From NCBI RefSeq assembly GCF_001194135.2, contig NC_068983.1:22935808-22999807 (forward strand): 64,000 nt of DNA. Reading direction: 5' to 3'. The DNA is from Octopus bimaculoides. Taxonomy: Eukaryota. The first letter of the stretch is position 1, and every line of letters starts with the position of its first letter. Positions 51,821 through 64,000 of the stretch are shown here, in pieces. Under the pieces are notes generated by a model. It was not told where the DNA came from. It searched no databases and was given only the letters and a program-made list of their open reading frames with translations. The translations under genes were made by a program, and so were the position numbers.

Positions 51821-52741
51821 TCATTTAAAAGAGATCCAACTCTGTTTTTTATGTTTTTTATTTATATTCTTGTAAAATTTATGTGGGATATGGAATATAT
51901 AATATATAATATAAAAAAAGATGGATGGTATAATGAAATGAAGTATTGAATGTCTTATTGAATATATGGAATATGTCTTATTGAATATATGAAATATTGA
52001 GTGTTCAATATAAAGGATTAAATATATAAAGGTGGATACGTATTTTCTATACCTTGTGGTATNNNNNNNNNNNNNNNNNNNNNNNNNNNNNNNNNNNNNN
52101 NNNNNNNNNNNNNNNNNNNNNNNNNNNNNNNNNNNNNNNNNNNNNNNNNNNNNNNNNNNNNNNNNNNNNNNNNNNNNNNNNNNNNNNNNNNNNNNNNNNN
52201 NNNNNNNNNNNNNNNNNNNNNNNNNNNNNNNNNNNNNNNNNNNNNNNNNNNNNNNNNNNNNNNNNNNNNNNNNNNNNNNNNNNNNNNNNNNNNNNNNNNN
52301 NNNNNNNNNNNNNNNNNNNNNNNNNNNNNNNNNNNNNNNNNNNNNNNNNNNNNNNNNNNNNNNNNNNNNNNNNNNNNNNNNNNNNNNNNNNNNNNNNNNN
52401 NNNNNNNNNNNNNNNNNNNNNNNNNNNNNNNNNNNNNNNNNNNNNNNNNNNNNNNNNNNNNNNNNNNNNNNNNNNNNNNNNNNNNNNNNNNNNNNNNNNN
52501 NNNNNNNNNNNNNNNNNNNNNNNNNNNNNNNNNNNNNNNNNNNNNNNNNNNNNNNNNNNNNNNNNNNNNNNNNNNNNNNNNNNNNNNNNNNNNNNNNNNN
52601 NNNNNNNNNNNNNNNNNNNNNNNNNNNNNNNNNNNNNNNNNNNNNNNNNNNNNNNNNNNNNNNNNNNNNNNNNNNNNNNNNNNNNNNNNNNNNNNNNNNN
52701 NNNNNNNNNNNNNNNNNNNNNNNNNNNNNNNNNNNNNNNNN

Positions 52742-52778
<37 letters not shown>

Positions 52779-55385
52779 CGCAGGAGTGGCTGTGTGGTAA
52801 GTAGCTTGCTTACCAACCACATGGTTCCAGGTTCAGTTCCACTGCATGGCACCTTGAGCAAGTGCCTTCTACTATAGCCTCGGGCCAACCAAAACCTTGT
52901 GGATTTGGTAGGTAGAAACCGAAAGAAGCTTGCCATATAAAGTGAAGTATAAGGAAACGAAAAATTGTAGGTGTAGATGATCTTTAATTCATAATCCAGG
53001 TTGGTACAGAACCAATATACATTCTACAAATTGTTTTGGAGTCTAATTAATTCCAAAGACAAAAACAAAAAAACTCTTCTTCAAATAAAACTTAGATTCT
53101 TCGTCAGTAATTACATACTGCTATGAATAATTACGACCAACAAAAGTATACAAAAACCAGCGGACTTGGATGTTTGACATCCCTGTGAAGGATTTCGGTC
53201 CTCACCTCTTTTATATATATATATGTGTATGTGTGTGCGCACACTCACACACACATGTGTATGTGTGTGTGTGTATGTGTTTTTAATTATGTAGTCTTTT
53301 ATTTAAACTTAAGCCTAACATGGAATGTCAAAAAAATGTAGTGAAATTTAGGCATTGTTGGTCAGAGAGGGGCAATATGGTGATTTGTAATGGTTTAGTC
53401 ATTTTAGATTGTGGCTTGCATAAATATCTACTGCAAAAAGCTGACACCAAAATTTAGTTTTTGTTTATTTGAAAGTAATCAGGATTTCAACTCTTGGTCA
53501 TTATCCCATTATGATGGCCTCTGTAAAAATGAAATGGCTGAGTACACTTGGTGTTAGGCTATGATTTTGTTGGTTCAAACTATCGCAAGTATTTTATTGA
53601 GTATTTGGGCAGCAAATTTGTGTGGCTTACATTACTTGGTTATTGTGAGTATGTATCCCATATCTTGTGGTAATGTTACCTGGACTAGATCAGCATTCTA
53701 TCTATGGAGAAATTCATCTATCATTTAATATGAAACCAGTATGAAGTATCAGCCCTTAGCCCTTTCATTATTTTCACCACTCATTTTGTGTGTTTATGTT
53801 AGTTGCTTCATTTATTGCTAGCTACCCACCTCACCTTGCTATTTTTGTATGTGTCTTGCTTGCTTTATATCAGTCTTATTATCTTGTCCTTATAGGCAAT
53901 GCATTACTTGTTTTCTATTTCACAGTTGAATGCATAGTAAGAAGGAAGGAAAATTTAGCTGCAAAGTCTTGTAGCAGTGCAATTCATATGCTAATATATG
54001 AAACGTCAGTAACACTTGATCCTTGTTCAAATGGAAAAGTGGATCTGAATTTATTGCTAAAAGTAAATCTCTTTACATTTTAGTTTCAAGCCCAGTTATT
54101 CTGAATCTAAAACCCTTTGGCATTATATTCAGTACATAGAGTTAATACAACCTCTGTATCACTTCTCTTACATTTATCTCCCTGTAACTTGAGTATATGC
54201 CTGAAACATCTTCACCTCCATCTTGTCTTTTTCAGCTGGGATAGACTTGTATCGCCTCTTGAGCAAGACACCTGTTTGTGTCCCACTATCATATTTTAAT
54301 CCAGTGGGTGCATGCTATCATACCCTGGGGATGCATACTATCAAAATAGTAAACTGGGGATCCACAGTAGTATTTTAAGGGTCCATGAAAAGTTTTCATT
54401 TAAGTGTATGTATTGCAAGAAACAGCTAGGTTTCTTTTGCTAACTTTTTACGCAGTTCAACTTATACAAATGAATGAGTGAATAACAAAATAGGAATTTT
54501 GAAAGAAGTTTCTATAAAACTAGTTTTTAAACATCGACTGGCTTTGGGTGTCCACCAGAATAAAATAGTAAACAAAGGGTTCCATAGATAAATATTGATT
54601 GGAACCCATTGCTTTAACCTCTCATTACCTGGCACAAGACCACCTCCCTTAATTCCACACCCTGCTCGGTTGAGCAGTTTTGTTATGCAAGTCACATGGC
54701 GATCTCACTGGTCTCAGTGTCACAAAAAGCACACAATACACTCTGTAAAGTGGTTGACATTAGGAATGACACTGAGCCATAAAAGCCATGTCAAAGCAGA
54801 CATAGAAACTTGGTTGCAGTCCACTGGCTCACCAACTCCTTTTGAACTGTCCAACCCATACCAGCTTGAAAAATGGATATTAAATGGTTTTAAATGATGA
54901 AAACCTAACTAGATATCATGTTGGCAGAAATGTTAGCATGCCAGGCGAAATGCTTAGCAGTATTTCCTCTGCCACTACGTTCTGAGTTCAAATTCTGCCA
55001 AGGTCGACTTCTGTCTTTCATCCTTTCAGAGTCGATTAAATAAGTACCAGTTACGCACTGGGGTTGATATAATCGACTTAATCTGTTTGTCTGTCCTTGT
55101 TTGTCCCCTCTGTGTTTAACCCCTTGTGGGTAGTAAAGAAATAAGAAACGGTGTCTGGTGTATGAAAGAAACAATTCAGTATAAATTGATGAATATGTTT
55201 GGTTAGTGTCCTGAAGATTGTAATATTCTCCCATTCTGCAGTGAAAAACTCCTCTCAAAATACTTGGTGTTTCTTCTCACAACACACCATACTTCACTTT
55301 ATGCTTTTTACATCAGATTTAAAACTGGTTAATGGCACATAAGTCATAATTGTGAGCCATTGATTAATTTTCTTCTCGAAATGTT

Positions 55386-55779
55386 AGGAGTGGCTGTGTG
55401 GTAAGTAGCTTGCTTACCAACCACATGGTTCTGGGTTCAGTCCCACTCCGTGGCATCTTGGGCAAGTGTCTTCTACTATAGCCTCGGGCCGACCAAAGCC
55501 TTATGAGTGGATTTGGTAGACGGAAACTGAAAGAAGCCCGTCGTATATATGTATATATATATATGTGTGTGTATGTTTGTGTGTCTGTGTTTGTCCCCCC
55601 AACATCGCTTGACAACTGATGCTGGTGTGTTTACGTCCCCGTAACTTAGCAGTTTGGCAAAAGAGACCGATAGAATAAGTACTAGGCTTCCAAAGAATAA
55701 GTCCTGGGGTCGATCTGCTCGACTAAAGGCGGTGCTCCAGCATGGCCGCAGTCAAAATGACTGAAACAAGTAAAAGAGT
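55386..55779 (+). mobile_element. tRNA-derived SINE family A, young full-length copy (~20+ copies in window)
   Basis: Head AGGAGTGGCTGTGTGGTAAG...GGTTCAGTCCC, core CCTTGGGCAAG, internal (TA)n(TG)n, 3' end GACTGAAACAAGTAAAAGAG. 6-bp TSD AATGTT. Other copies on +: ~6313-6697, 7620-8030, 10402-10760, 18538-18921, 38655-38990, 44114-44340, 52776-52940, 58665-58830. On -: ~14700-14875, 17370-17670, 19979-20347, 21025-21390, 31070-31255, 41980-42135, 51600-51770, 60612-60985. Confidence 0.9.
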
Positions 55780-57324
55780 AATGTTCCAGGCTTATTATAA
55801 TGAGTTTGTAACAATAAATCTACTGTAGTGTCAAGATATTATTTTATTTTCAAAAATACCTGTGAAATTCATGAACTTGATCCTTTTTGGAATCATTACT
55901 ATACCTGAGTTGGTACACAAAATTTTTGATTTTGATTCAGTTTTCATCAACAAGCAGTCCAGTTTATATCTTTCATTAAACTGAGGCTGTTCTGTTTCAG
56001 CCATTTGTTATCTTTGGCTCAATCACTATACATACATGAAGCTTAGAAAGGAGATTTGAACAGTCATTAATTCTATAAAATTTCTAAAATGAGATTAGGT
56101 TGTGTGTTATATGAAGAAAGAGGTGAATTCTGATATTTTAGGCTTGGCACTTCTTACTTGCACACTTTCAGTAATATTTCTATAGATGTTTCATTGTGGT
56201 TTGTGTTAGTATAGTATCAGTAATCTAACATAACACTGGATTTCAAAAGGTTCATTGTTTTTCAGGAGATGTTTAGCATCCATTTAATCACTGTTTTAGT
56301 ATTTATTTTCCTCTTGCATATCTTAATCATGATTTTATATATATATATATNNNNNNNNNNNNNNNNNNNNNNNNNNNNNNNNNNNNNNNNNNNNNNNNNN
56401 NNNNNNNNNNNNNNNNNNNNNNNNNNNNNNNNNNNNNNNNNNNNNNNNNNNNNNNNNNNNNNNNNNNNNNNNNNNNNNNNNNNNNNNNNNNNNNNNNNNN
56501 NNNNNNNNNNNNNNNNNNNNNNNNNNNNNNNNNNNNNNNNNNNNNNNNNNNNNNNNNNNNNNNNNNNNNNNNNNNNNNNNNNNNNNNNNNNNNNNNNNNN
56601 NNNNNNNNNNNNNNNNNNNNNNNNNNNNNNNNNNNNNNNNNNNNNNNNNNNNNNNNNNNNNNNNNNNNNNNNNNNNNNNNNNNNNNNNNNNNNNNNNNNN
56701 NNNNNNNNNNNNNNNNNNNNNNNNNNNNNNNNNNNNNNNNNNNNNNNNNNNNNNNNNNNNNNNNNNNNNNNNNNNNNNNNNNNNNNNNNNNNNNNNNNNN
56801 NNNNNNNNNNNNNNNNNNNNNNNNNNNNNNNNNNNNNNNNNNNNNNNNNNNNNNNNNNNNNNNNNNNNNNNNNNNNNNNNNNNNNNNNNNNNNNNNNNNN
56901 NNNNNNNNNNNNNNNNNNNNNNNNNNNNNNNNNNNNNNNNNNNNNNNNNNNNNNNNNNNNNNNNNNNNNNNNNNNNNNNNNNNNNNNNNNNNNNNNNNNN
57001 NNNNNNNNNNNNNNNNNNNNNNNNNNNNNNNNNNNNNNNNNNNNNNNNNNNNNNNNNNNNNNNNNNNNNNNNNNNNNNNNNNNNNNNNNNNNNNNNNNNN
57101 NNNNNNNNNNNNNNNNNNNNNNNNNNNNNNNNNNNNNNNNNNNNNNNNNNNNNNNNNNNNNNNNNNNNNNNNNNNNNNNNNNNNNNNNNNNNNNNNNNNN
57201 NNNNNNNNNNNNNNNNNNNNNNNNNNNNNNNNNNNNNNNNNNNNNNNNNNNNNNNNNNNNNNNNNNNNNNNNNNNNNNNNNNNNNNNNNNNNNNNNNNNN
57301 NNNNNNNNNNNNNNNNNNNNNNNN

Positions 57325-57533
57325 NCGTGGCCGTTTTCGTGCGGGTGACACGTAAAAGCACCCACTACACTCTCTGAGTGGTTGGCATTAGGAAGGGCAT
57401 CCAGCTGTAGAAACTCTGCCAAATTAGACTGGAGCCTGGTGTTGCCATCCGGTTTCACCAGTCCTCAGTCAAATCGTCCAACCCATGCTAGCATGGAAAG
57501 CGGACGTTAAACGATGATGATGATGATGATGAT
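57325..57533 (+). mobile_element. LINE (RTE-like) 3' tail ending in (GAT)n
   Basis: Ends ...GCATGGAAAGCGGACGTTAAAC(GAT)n followed by (AT)n. A near-identical inverted copy is at 59779-59885; older relatives are at ~14517-14700, ~24716-24850 and ~59940-60130. The RTE assignment is inference. Confidence 0.65.
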
Positions 57534-58864
57534 ATATATATATATATATATATATATCTTTGTCTGTTTATTGATATGGTAGCAGACCTGTTTTTCCCTG
57601 GTTGTGTCAGAGGAAGAAAAGAATTATCCAAGAATTTTACTGAGATTTTAAAACCTGTAGCAGTGGGATTGGAGAAGAAACTGTAACTCATATAGAAAGC
57701 AGTACAGCTTTTCTCAGATCAAAAACCTAACCTTAATATTTACCAGTATAGACTCTGCTAAAGGCACCCAGGGTCCAGGTAGTGGTATGAAACCAAACAA
57801 CAGATGGTGACCATAAAATATATTCATTGTTGCAGATTGTCTCAATAAGTCTTATTTCCCCAAACTCTGTTAATTCCTGCTCAAAAGATAGTCAATGCTC
57901 GTTCGTTTTTCTTTTTTAATTAGTTGTGAGAGAAGATTAAGTACTTTGTACAATGAGTCAAACACAAACACATGCTAGTTAAATTAAGCAGATTTATATG
58001 GATTATTATGTAGATAATATAACCAGATAAAATCTTAACTATTATTTACCTTTTGATGTTATTTTAAACCATTTAAACTCAGGTGATTGTTTGCCTTTTA
58101 TTTACTTTTTTTTTTGTTAGCTTTCTCATTCTGTTTTTTTTTTTTAGTTTTATTGTTTTTGTATTCATTGGTATTAAATTTTAGATAATGGACAAAATAT
58201 AAATAAATGAATAAAACAATGGTTAATACACTGTGAAACTTCTAATTTAATATTTTTCACCTGCAAATCATGTTAAAAAACACAAACAGATTGCGTAATT
58301 TAAAAAGAGAAGAATCACAGTCAATTCTTCACCTGCTCCTATGGTTTATGCTTCATGAAGTCATGACTAGAATTAAAATTTTTATATTTTATATTAGTAT
58401 TAGTCAGTATATATCATTGTTATTAAAGTGGTAAGATGGCTTAGTTGTTAGAGTATCAGAAAAAAATACCTTATATGTTCCAGTTCATTTCAGATCCTTC
58501 CAGGATCAATTTTGCCGTTCATCCTATTGGAGTTGATAAAATAAAACACCAGTCAAATACTAGGGTTGATGGTATCTACTAACCTTCTACCCTCAAAATT
58601 TCTGGCCTTATACCGAAAATAGAAACTTTTTTTTTTACCTTGTTTAGAATCTCCATTGATAGGTGCATGTGTGTTTATGTAGTAAAGCAGTTTGAATTTG
58701 AAGCCACGTGGTTTCAAATTCAGTCCAACTGTGTGACATCTTGGTTGAATGTCTTCACCTATTACCCTGAGCTGACCAAAGCCTAGTAAGTGGATTTGGT
58801 AAACAGAAACCAAAAGAACCCCAGTGTGTGTATACTTACATGTGCATATACACATACATATATT

Positions 58865-58895
<31 letters not shown>

Positions 58896-59007
58896 ATTTG
58901 TGTGTTTGTATGTGCAGCACTATTTGTGTGGCAATTTTTCTACAGCTGGATGCCCTTCTTGCTACCAATCTGCACCTGTTTTAAAAAATTATGCATGTGT
59001 ATTTTGA

Positions 59008-59048
<41 letters not shown>

Positions 59049-59074
59049 GGAATTAAACGCAAGTGTTATTCAAA

Positions 59075-59174
59075 TCTTTATACTTCCGACATGTTTCGAA
59101 GAAAACATTGGTATTATTCCAGAAGGAATAAAATGATGTAAAACAATGCAAATTTCTCATCAGGAAATAAAAGA
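59075..59174 (-). ncRNA. Candidate minimal type I hammerhead ribozyme motif (Penelope/retrozyme-like)
   Basis: Minus strand: CUGAUGA (59163-59157), G10.1-C11.1 pair (59156/59098), GAAA (59097-59094), palindromic ACAUGU as helix III, and a GUC cleavage triplet (59090-59088). Helix I is UCUUUUAUUUC/GGAAGUAUAAAGA with two bulges. Helix II includes CAUUG/CAAUG and UUAUUCC/GGAAUAA. Confidence 0.6.
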
Positions 59175-59778
59175 AACAAAATGCATCAATGAGACATTTT
59201 AACTGAATATGATTACTGCATATACGATGAAGGGAATTATTTTAAAAAGAAACCATTAATAGATATAACGTCAAAGGCAATTTATAGAAAGAGGAGGAGG
59301 TGGAAGAAAAAAAATTAGTAGAAAACTAAAAGTGGAGAAATATAGTGTGATAGGTGAATAGAAATAAAGATTTAAAGCATGGAAATAGATATATTTAGTG
59401 GAAGTGAAATGTAAGAAGATAGTTAAAAGTCGAATTTTATAGACTGGTAGAAATCACTTACAGGAACTAAAATTATGTTTTTGCCAATGTTTGCGACAAT
59501 AAACACGTTCTTGAAACATGTTTACCAGAGGATTCTCTGAGAACAGGATGAAATACAGTTCATCATTACAGAGTGAACAAAAAGATTTACTTTTATCATA
59601 AGGAAAGGATATAGATAGAATATTCCGTTCCAAATCAAATTGTTTATTATGTTTATAAGTAGGCTATTACATCCTTGGTACTTATGTGAATTTTTGCTAC
59701 CCTGCTAACTATTTTTCCATGTTTGTAGACATTGAAAAAAATGCACATACATTTGTGTATATATATATATATATATAT

Positions 59779-59885
59779 ATCATCATCATCATCGTTTAAC
59801 GTCCGCTTTCCATGCTAGCATGGGTTGGACGATTCGACTGAGGACTGGTGAAACCGGATGGCAACACCAGGCTCCAATCTAATTT
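59779..59885 (-). mobile_element. Second copy of the RTE-like 3' tail, inverted
   Basis: Reverse complement matches 57421-57533 with 2 substitutions before the (GAT)n tail. Confidence 0.75.
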
Positions 59886-60391
59886 ATTTGTGGATGTGTA
59901 TGTTTGTATCTCCTTGTCTTGGTATCCTATAATATTTGTGAGTGTCATTGTTGTACAAGCAGTATCATTTCATTTATTTCATTTCCAATATGTGTAAACA
60001 TGTCTGGCCATGGGGAAATATTACCTTGCTTGGAAACAAGTGTAGTTTATGGTTTGGCGAAAATCTGCCTCTGTAAACGATGCCCAACACATGCAAGCAT
60101 GGAAAAGTGAATGTTAATACAATGATGAGGATAATGAATTCTGGTTAAGCAATTACTTTGCTAATATAATGATAAGGCTGATGTCAGAGTATGTAAAGCA
60201 CTACACATTTATTTATACAGGCATTACTGGCATTATAGAAGAACTGTGTTCATGATCATCTTGTTGTAACAAGAAATTCCCTAATGCAACACACAGCTTC
60301 CCATTGACTTCTCTGGAAAAATAGGTTTTACATTACATAACTCAATGTTATGACAAGATCTTCTGCAATGCTTCCATAATATGAGAGATGA

Positions 60392-60433
<42 letters not shown>

Positions 60434-60611
60434 CTAAACCATAGGAAATTTATATAAGTGTATCTGTATGCATGTTTGAGACAGAGAGAGACGAAAACTG
60501 TTAGATTCATCAAAGGTGTATGCAGCAAGCCATAATTTTTTTTCCTTCTTCGAATCCTTGAATCCAAAATAGTTATAATAAAAACAGACATTTTCACACA
60601 CATGTATATAT

Positions 60612-60985
60612 TCTTCTACTTGTTTCAGTCATTTGACTGTGGCCATGCTGGAGCACTGCCTTAAAGGGTTTTAGTTGAAGAAATCGACCCTAGGACTTAT
60701 TCTTTGTAAACCTAGTACTTATTGTATCAGTCAGTTTTGCTGAACCGCTAAGTTATGGAGAGGGACATAAACACACCATCAGTTGTCAAATGATGGTGGG
60801 AGGACAGACGCACACACATATATAGGGCAGGCTTCTTTCAGTTTCCGTCTACCAAATCCACTCAAGGCTTTGGTCAGCCTGAGGCTATAGAGGGAGACAC
60901 TTGTCCATGGTGCCATGCAGTGGAACTGAACCCGGAACCATGTGGTTGGGAAGCAAGCTAGCTTCTTACCACAGCCATGCCCACA
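60612..60985 (-). mobile_element. SINE family A, full-length copy
   Basis: Reverse complement of the family A consensus. Confidence 0.85.
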
Positions 60986-62760
60986 CCTCCAGTTTAATCA
61001 TTTAATAATACTTTGTAATAATGGTGATAATTTTATGGTAGCAAAACTTCAATGTAAGTAGGGTTGTGTGTCGCAGTCCATGTCCCTGTGCAGAGTCCAC
61101 AGGGTGGATGGTATGAGCTTAGTCAGCCCTCAATAAAAAATTTCATCACATAAATAATTTTACAAATATTCTGTTATCTTTTAAAGAAATTGCAATATCT
61201 TAAATTTTGTAAAGAGACTATTTCAATAGAAAATGTAAAAACAAATAAAAAGAAGGTATAGTGAGGTTTAGACAAAGTATTGTGGGCCTCGGATTGCAGC
61301 CAAGTTCAAAACTACTGCACTGAATACAAATCTTAAATGTTATGGTTTCTAATAGATCTTTAGTTTGCTGCATTGATGAGATTGTTGTTATTGCTGGGAG
61401 AGCAGGCCCATGGTCAGAGGTATTTTGGCTGTGACCATTGTCTGGAACTACAATGTGACCTTCCTTTTTCTATGACTGTAGCATGGGATTTGAAGGAATT
61501 AGGTTATTTCTAGAAAATGAAATGACCATGCATAGGCTCTGTCAGATGGGGTGAACAGTGGAAGTAGTGTGGGAACATTCATTGGCATTTGACATTCAAT
61601 TAAATGACAGTAGTCTCCAGTGAAGAAAAAGACAGCCTAAGGGTTGTGCCTATTTCAAGCTTAAGAGCAGGTCAAGGGTTATGCCCCCTCCCCTGCACAC
61701 ATTTAGGGGTGAGGCTTTAATCATTTGCTTTGCCTAACGAAATTGCTTGAAATTGCAAGTTGTAATCTGGTACCCTTTAGATATCAATATCTCTGAAATC
61801 ACCTCTGGTTCTATTATACAAAATGTGTACACTGTAAATTGTTTCTCTTTAAACTATAACCTGCCATTATAATTTTATAAAAGAATTGTTTGAAGTTAGC
61901 TTCCAATCACCAGCTTAACCCTTTAGCATTCAGCTTACTTTTCCACATGTAATACTTATTTTTCGCTTTGAATTGAACTTACATTATTTCATAGCTTCAA
62001 GATTTTGATGATGTGATCACTTATTTTTATCAAAAAACATTAAAGGGTAGGTGTGAGAAACCATATCTGGCCGGCTTGAATGTAAAATAGGTAGAACATT
62101 TTGACCGGATATAGCCAGTTTAAATAGATGGAAAAGATAGTTACTTTACTCTCTTCAAATTTGATTAAAATTCATTGGTAGTTTATTTTATAAAAAGGAT
62201 GACTACAAAAGTATTAAAGTGAACCAGATTTGTAATCTCCGTTGAAACACCTTCACCTACTCTTCAGAAATACGGAAATGTTATGGTTTCTTGTGCCCCT
62301 CATTTATTTCCACCTGGTTGTTATTCTTAAGTCATTTCCCAAATTTCATACACAGTTTGTTTTTATAAATGCCTGTTAGATGTATGCTTGTTGTCATTTT
62401 ATCACAGTTGTACTCTTGCTAATCTATTTAGTTGTTGTGTTTTGTCTTTGTTCTTTTTTTTTTTCTTTTTCTTTTTTTTTGTTATTGTGACCCACTCATG
62501 CCAACATGGAAGGCAGACATTAAATAATGATTTTAGTTTTCGCTGTTTACTACATAAATGTGTCACTTATAATTTTGTTATCTTGTGTAAGTTGTATTAT
62601 ACTGATAGTTAGTCTGCATAGAATGTGAGATATTCTTTGTATTGTTAGTTCTGATTATGAAACTGATATGGCATCTATTACTCTACAGGAAGTGTTGTAG
62701 GAGCTGGTGTTCTTATTCTTACTTTTATATTATTATCATTAATATTATTGTGGATTGGTA

Positions 62761-63056
62761 TGTGAGGATGCATGGCTTAGTGGTTAGGGTGTTACACTCA
62801 CGATTGTGAGATCATGACTTCAATTCCTTGACTGGGTTCTTGAGCAAAACTCTTCCTCTCATGTTGCTCTGTGATCACTTCAATACCTGATGTGTGGTAC
62901 CCTGTGCACCTGTTCAGGCAACATTGATTTGATGGAGGGAGTGAACTAATGTACAGCACATACATTTGATCACTATAAATAAATCATTTGTGCAGGTCGT
63001 TTAGCTAAAGCTGAACACTTATGCATCATCTTAGACAGGAGAGTTCATCAAAGTGA
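62761..63056 (+). mobile_element. tRNA-derived SINE family D (single copy seen)
   Basis: A-box TGGCTTAGTGG and B-box-like GACTTCAATTCC. Possible 7-bp TSD ATTGGTA at 62754-62760 and 63057-63063. Confidence 0.65.
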
Positions 63057-63696
63057 ATTGGTAAGGGTGGTGGCTTAGCAGAACCCTTAGAAGATCAGAC
63101 AATTTCTTCTGGCTCTTATATTCAACTCAAATCCTGCTGAGGTCAACTTTACCTTTTTTATCCTTCTGGGATCAGAAAAATAAAGTAATATCTAAATACT
63201 GGGGTCATTTTAATCATCTTACCCTTCTACTCAAAATTACTGTTCCTGAGCCTAAATTAGAAGTAATTATATTATTATTTATTATATTATTCAAAGAGTG
63301 CCAGATTGCAGCATGAGTAAAAAAAACAGATAAAATTCCTTGTAGTATTTAGTTGTACCCAAAGTTCAAATCCTGCCATTGTCAGTTTTGCCATTTATCC
63401 CACCTAGGTTTGATATTATAAAGTACAAGTCAATGTAACCAGCTATCACCCCACCCACAAATGTGAGGCCTTGTGCCTGTATTAGAAACATTTACAAAGG
63501 TTGTAGGTTGGCAGAGTTATTTGAAAATCAGACAAAATATCTTGCAGTATTTGTTTTAGATCTTCATGTTCTGAGTTCAAATCTCATTGGGACTGATAAA
63601 TATAGTATGTCGATTACTTGGATCTGTAACTAATTCCTCTCGAAATTCTGGCCTTATACCTAAAGCAGAAAGAATTATTATCAATACTATTAAGGG

Positions 63697-64000
63697 GAGA
63701 AAGAGAGCCTGCCGTATGTCGACCCAATAGAGGGACCAGCTATCCGAGTTGATAGTACCAGGGTAGATAAAGCAATTAAGAGTATGAAGACCGGGAAAGC
63801 CCCCGGCCCATCAGGAATCACTGCAGAGATGCTCAAAATATCTGGCAGTGTTGGCTATAGCCTAGACACCCGTATTACGAACCAGGTGATACACGAGGGA
63901 GTCATACCCAATGACTGGTGTAGCAGCATCATAGTCAACTGCTACAAAGGTAAAGGTGACGCTTTAGATACAAATAATTACAGAGGCATCAAGCTGTTAG
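63697..64000 (+). mobile_element. 5'-truncated RTE-clade LINE, start of RT region, runs off the window
   Basis: Stop-free frame 63697-63999: EKESLPYVDPIEGPAIRVDSTRVDKAIKSMKTGKAPGPSGITAEMLK...IPNDWCSSIIVNCYKGKGDALDTNNYRGIKLL. The KAPGPSGI and NYRGIKLL motifs are typical of RTE. Confidence 0.9.

Noticed and set aside
1809-57458. Long ORFs in the track that span N-runs (1809-2501, 11267-12328, 51821-52936, 56262-57458 and partners)
   Set aside because: Length comes from assembly gaps translated as X; there is no real coding evidence.

Overview
AT-rich, microsatellite- and repeat-dense eukaryotic scaffold with seven N-gaps. The repeat families and composition are consistent with an octopod cephalopod genome (inference, not searched). 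One protein-coding gene is supportable on the + strand: a start-codon exon (30323-30790, ATG 30428) and a phase-compatible internal exon (47085-47252). Together they encode the first ~177 aa of a protein with an NLS-like PKRRRL motif and a spectrin-repeat-like helix, tentatively klarsicht/AKAP6/nesprin-like. The rest of the gene probably lies beyond the window. Most other sequence is transposon-derived: at least four tRNA-derived SINE families, two piggyBac MITE families and a dead piggyBac transposase, hAT and Tc1/mariner MITEs, a CR1-type LINE fossil, an RTE LINE with an open frame at the right edge, and a zinc-knuckle retroelement fragment. The least ordinary signals are three. (1) A Merlin/IS1016-like element family carrying TTAGGG telomeric repeats; one copy folds back on a perfect 40-bp telomeric palindrome. 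(2) A minus-strand minimal type I hammerhead ribozyme motif (core 59163-59088) lying between two near-identical inverted RTE-like tails. (3) A CpG-rich 26-bp minisatellite with phased CACGTG E-boxes that grades out of a TGACGTTA array upstream of the gene. All calls are by eye; no database search or folding was run.
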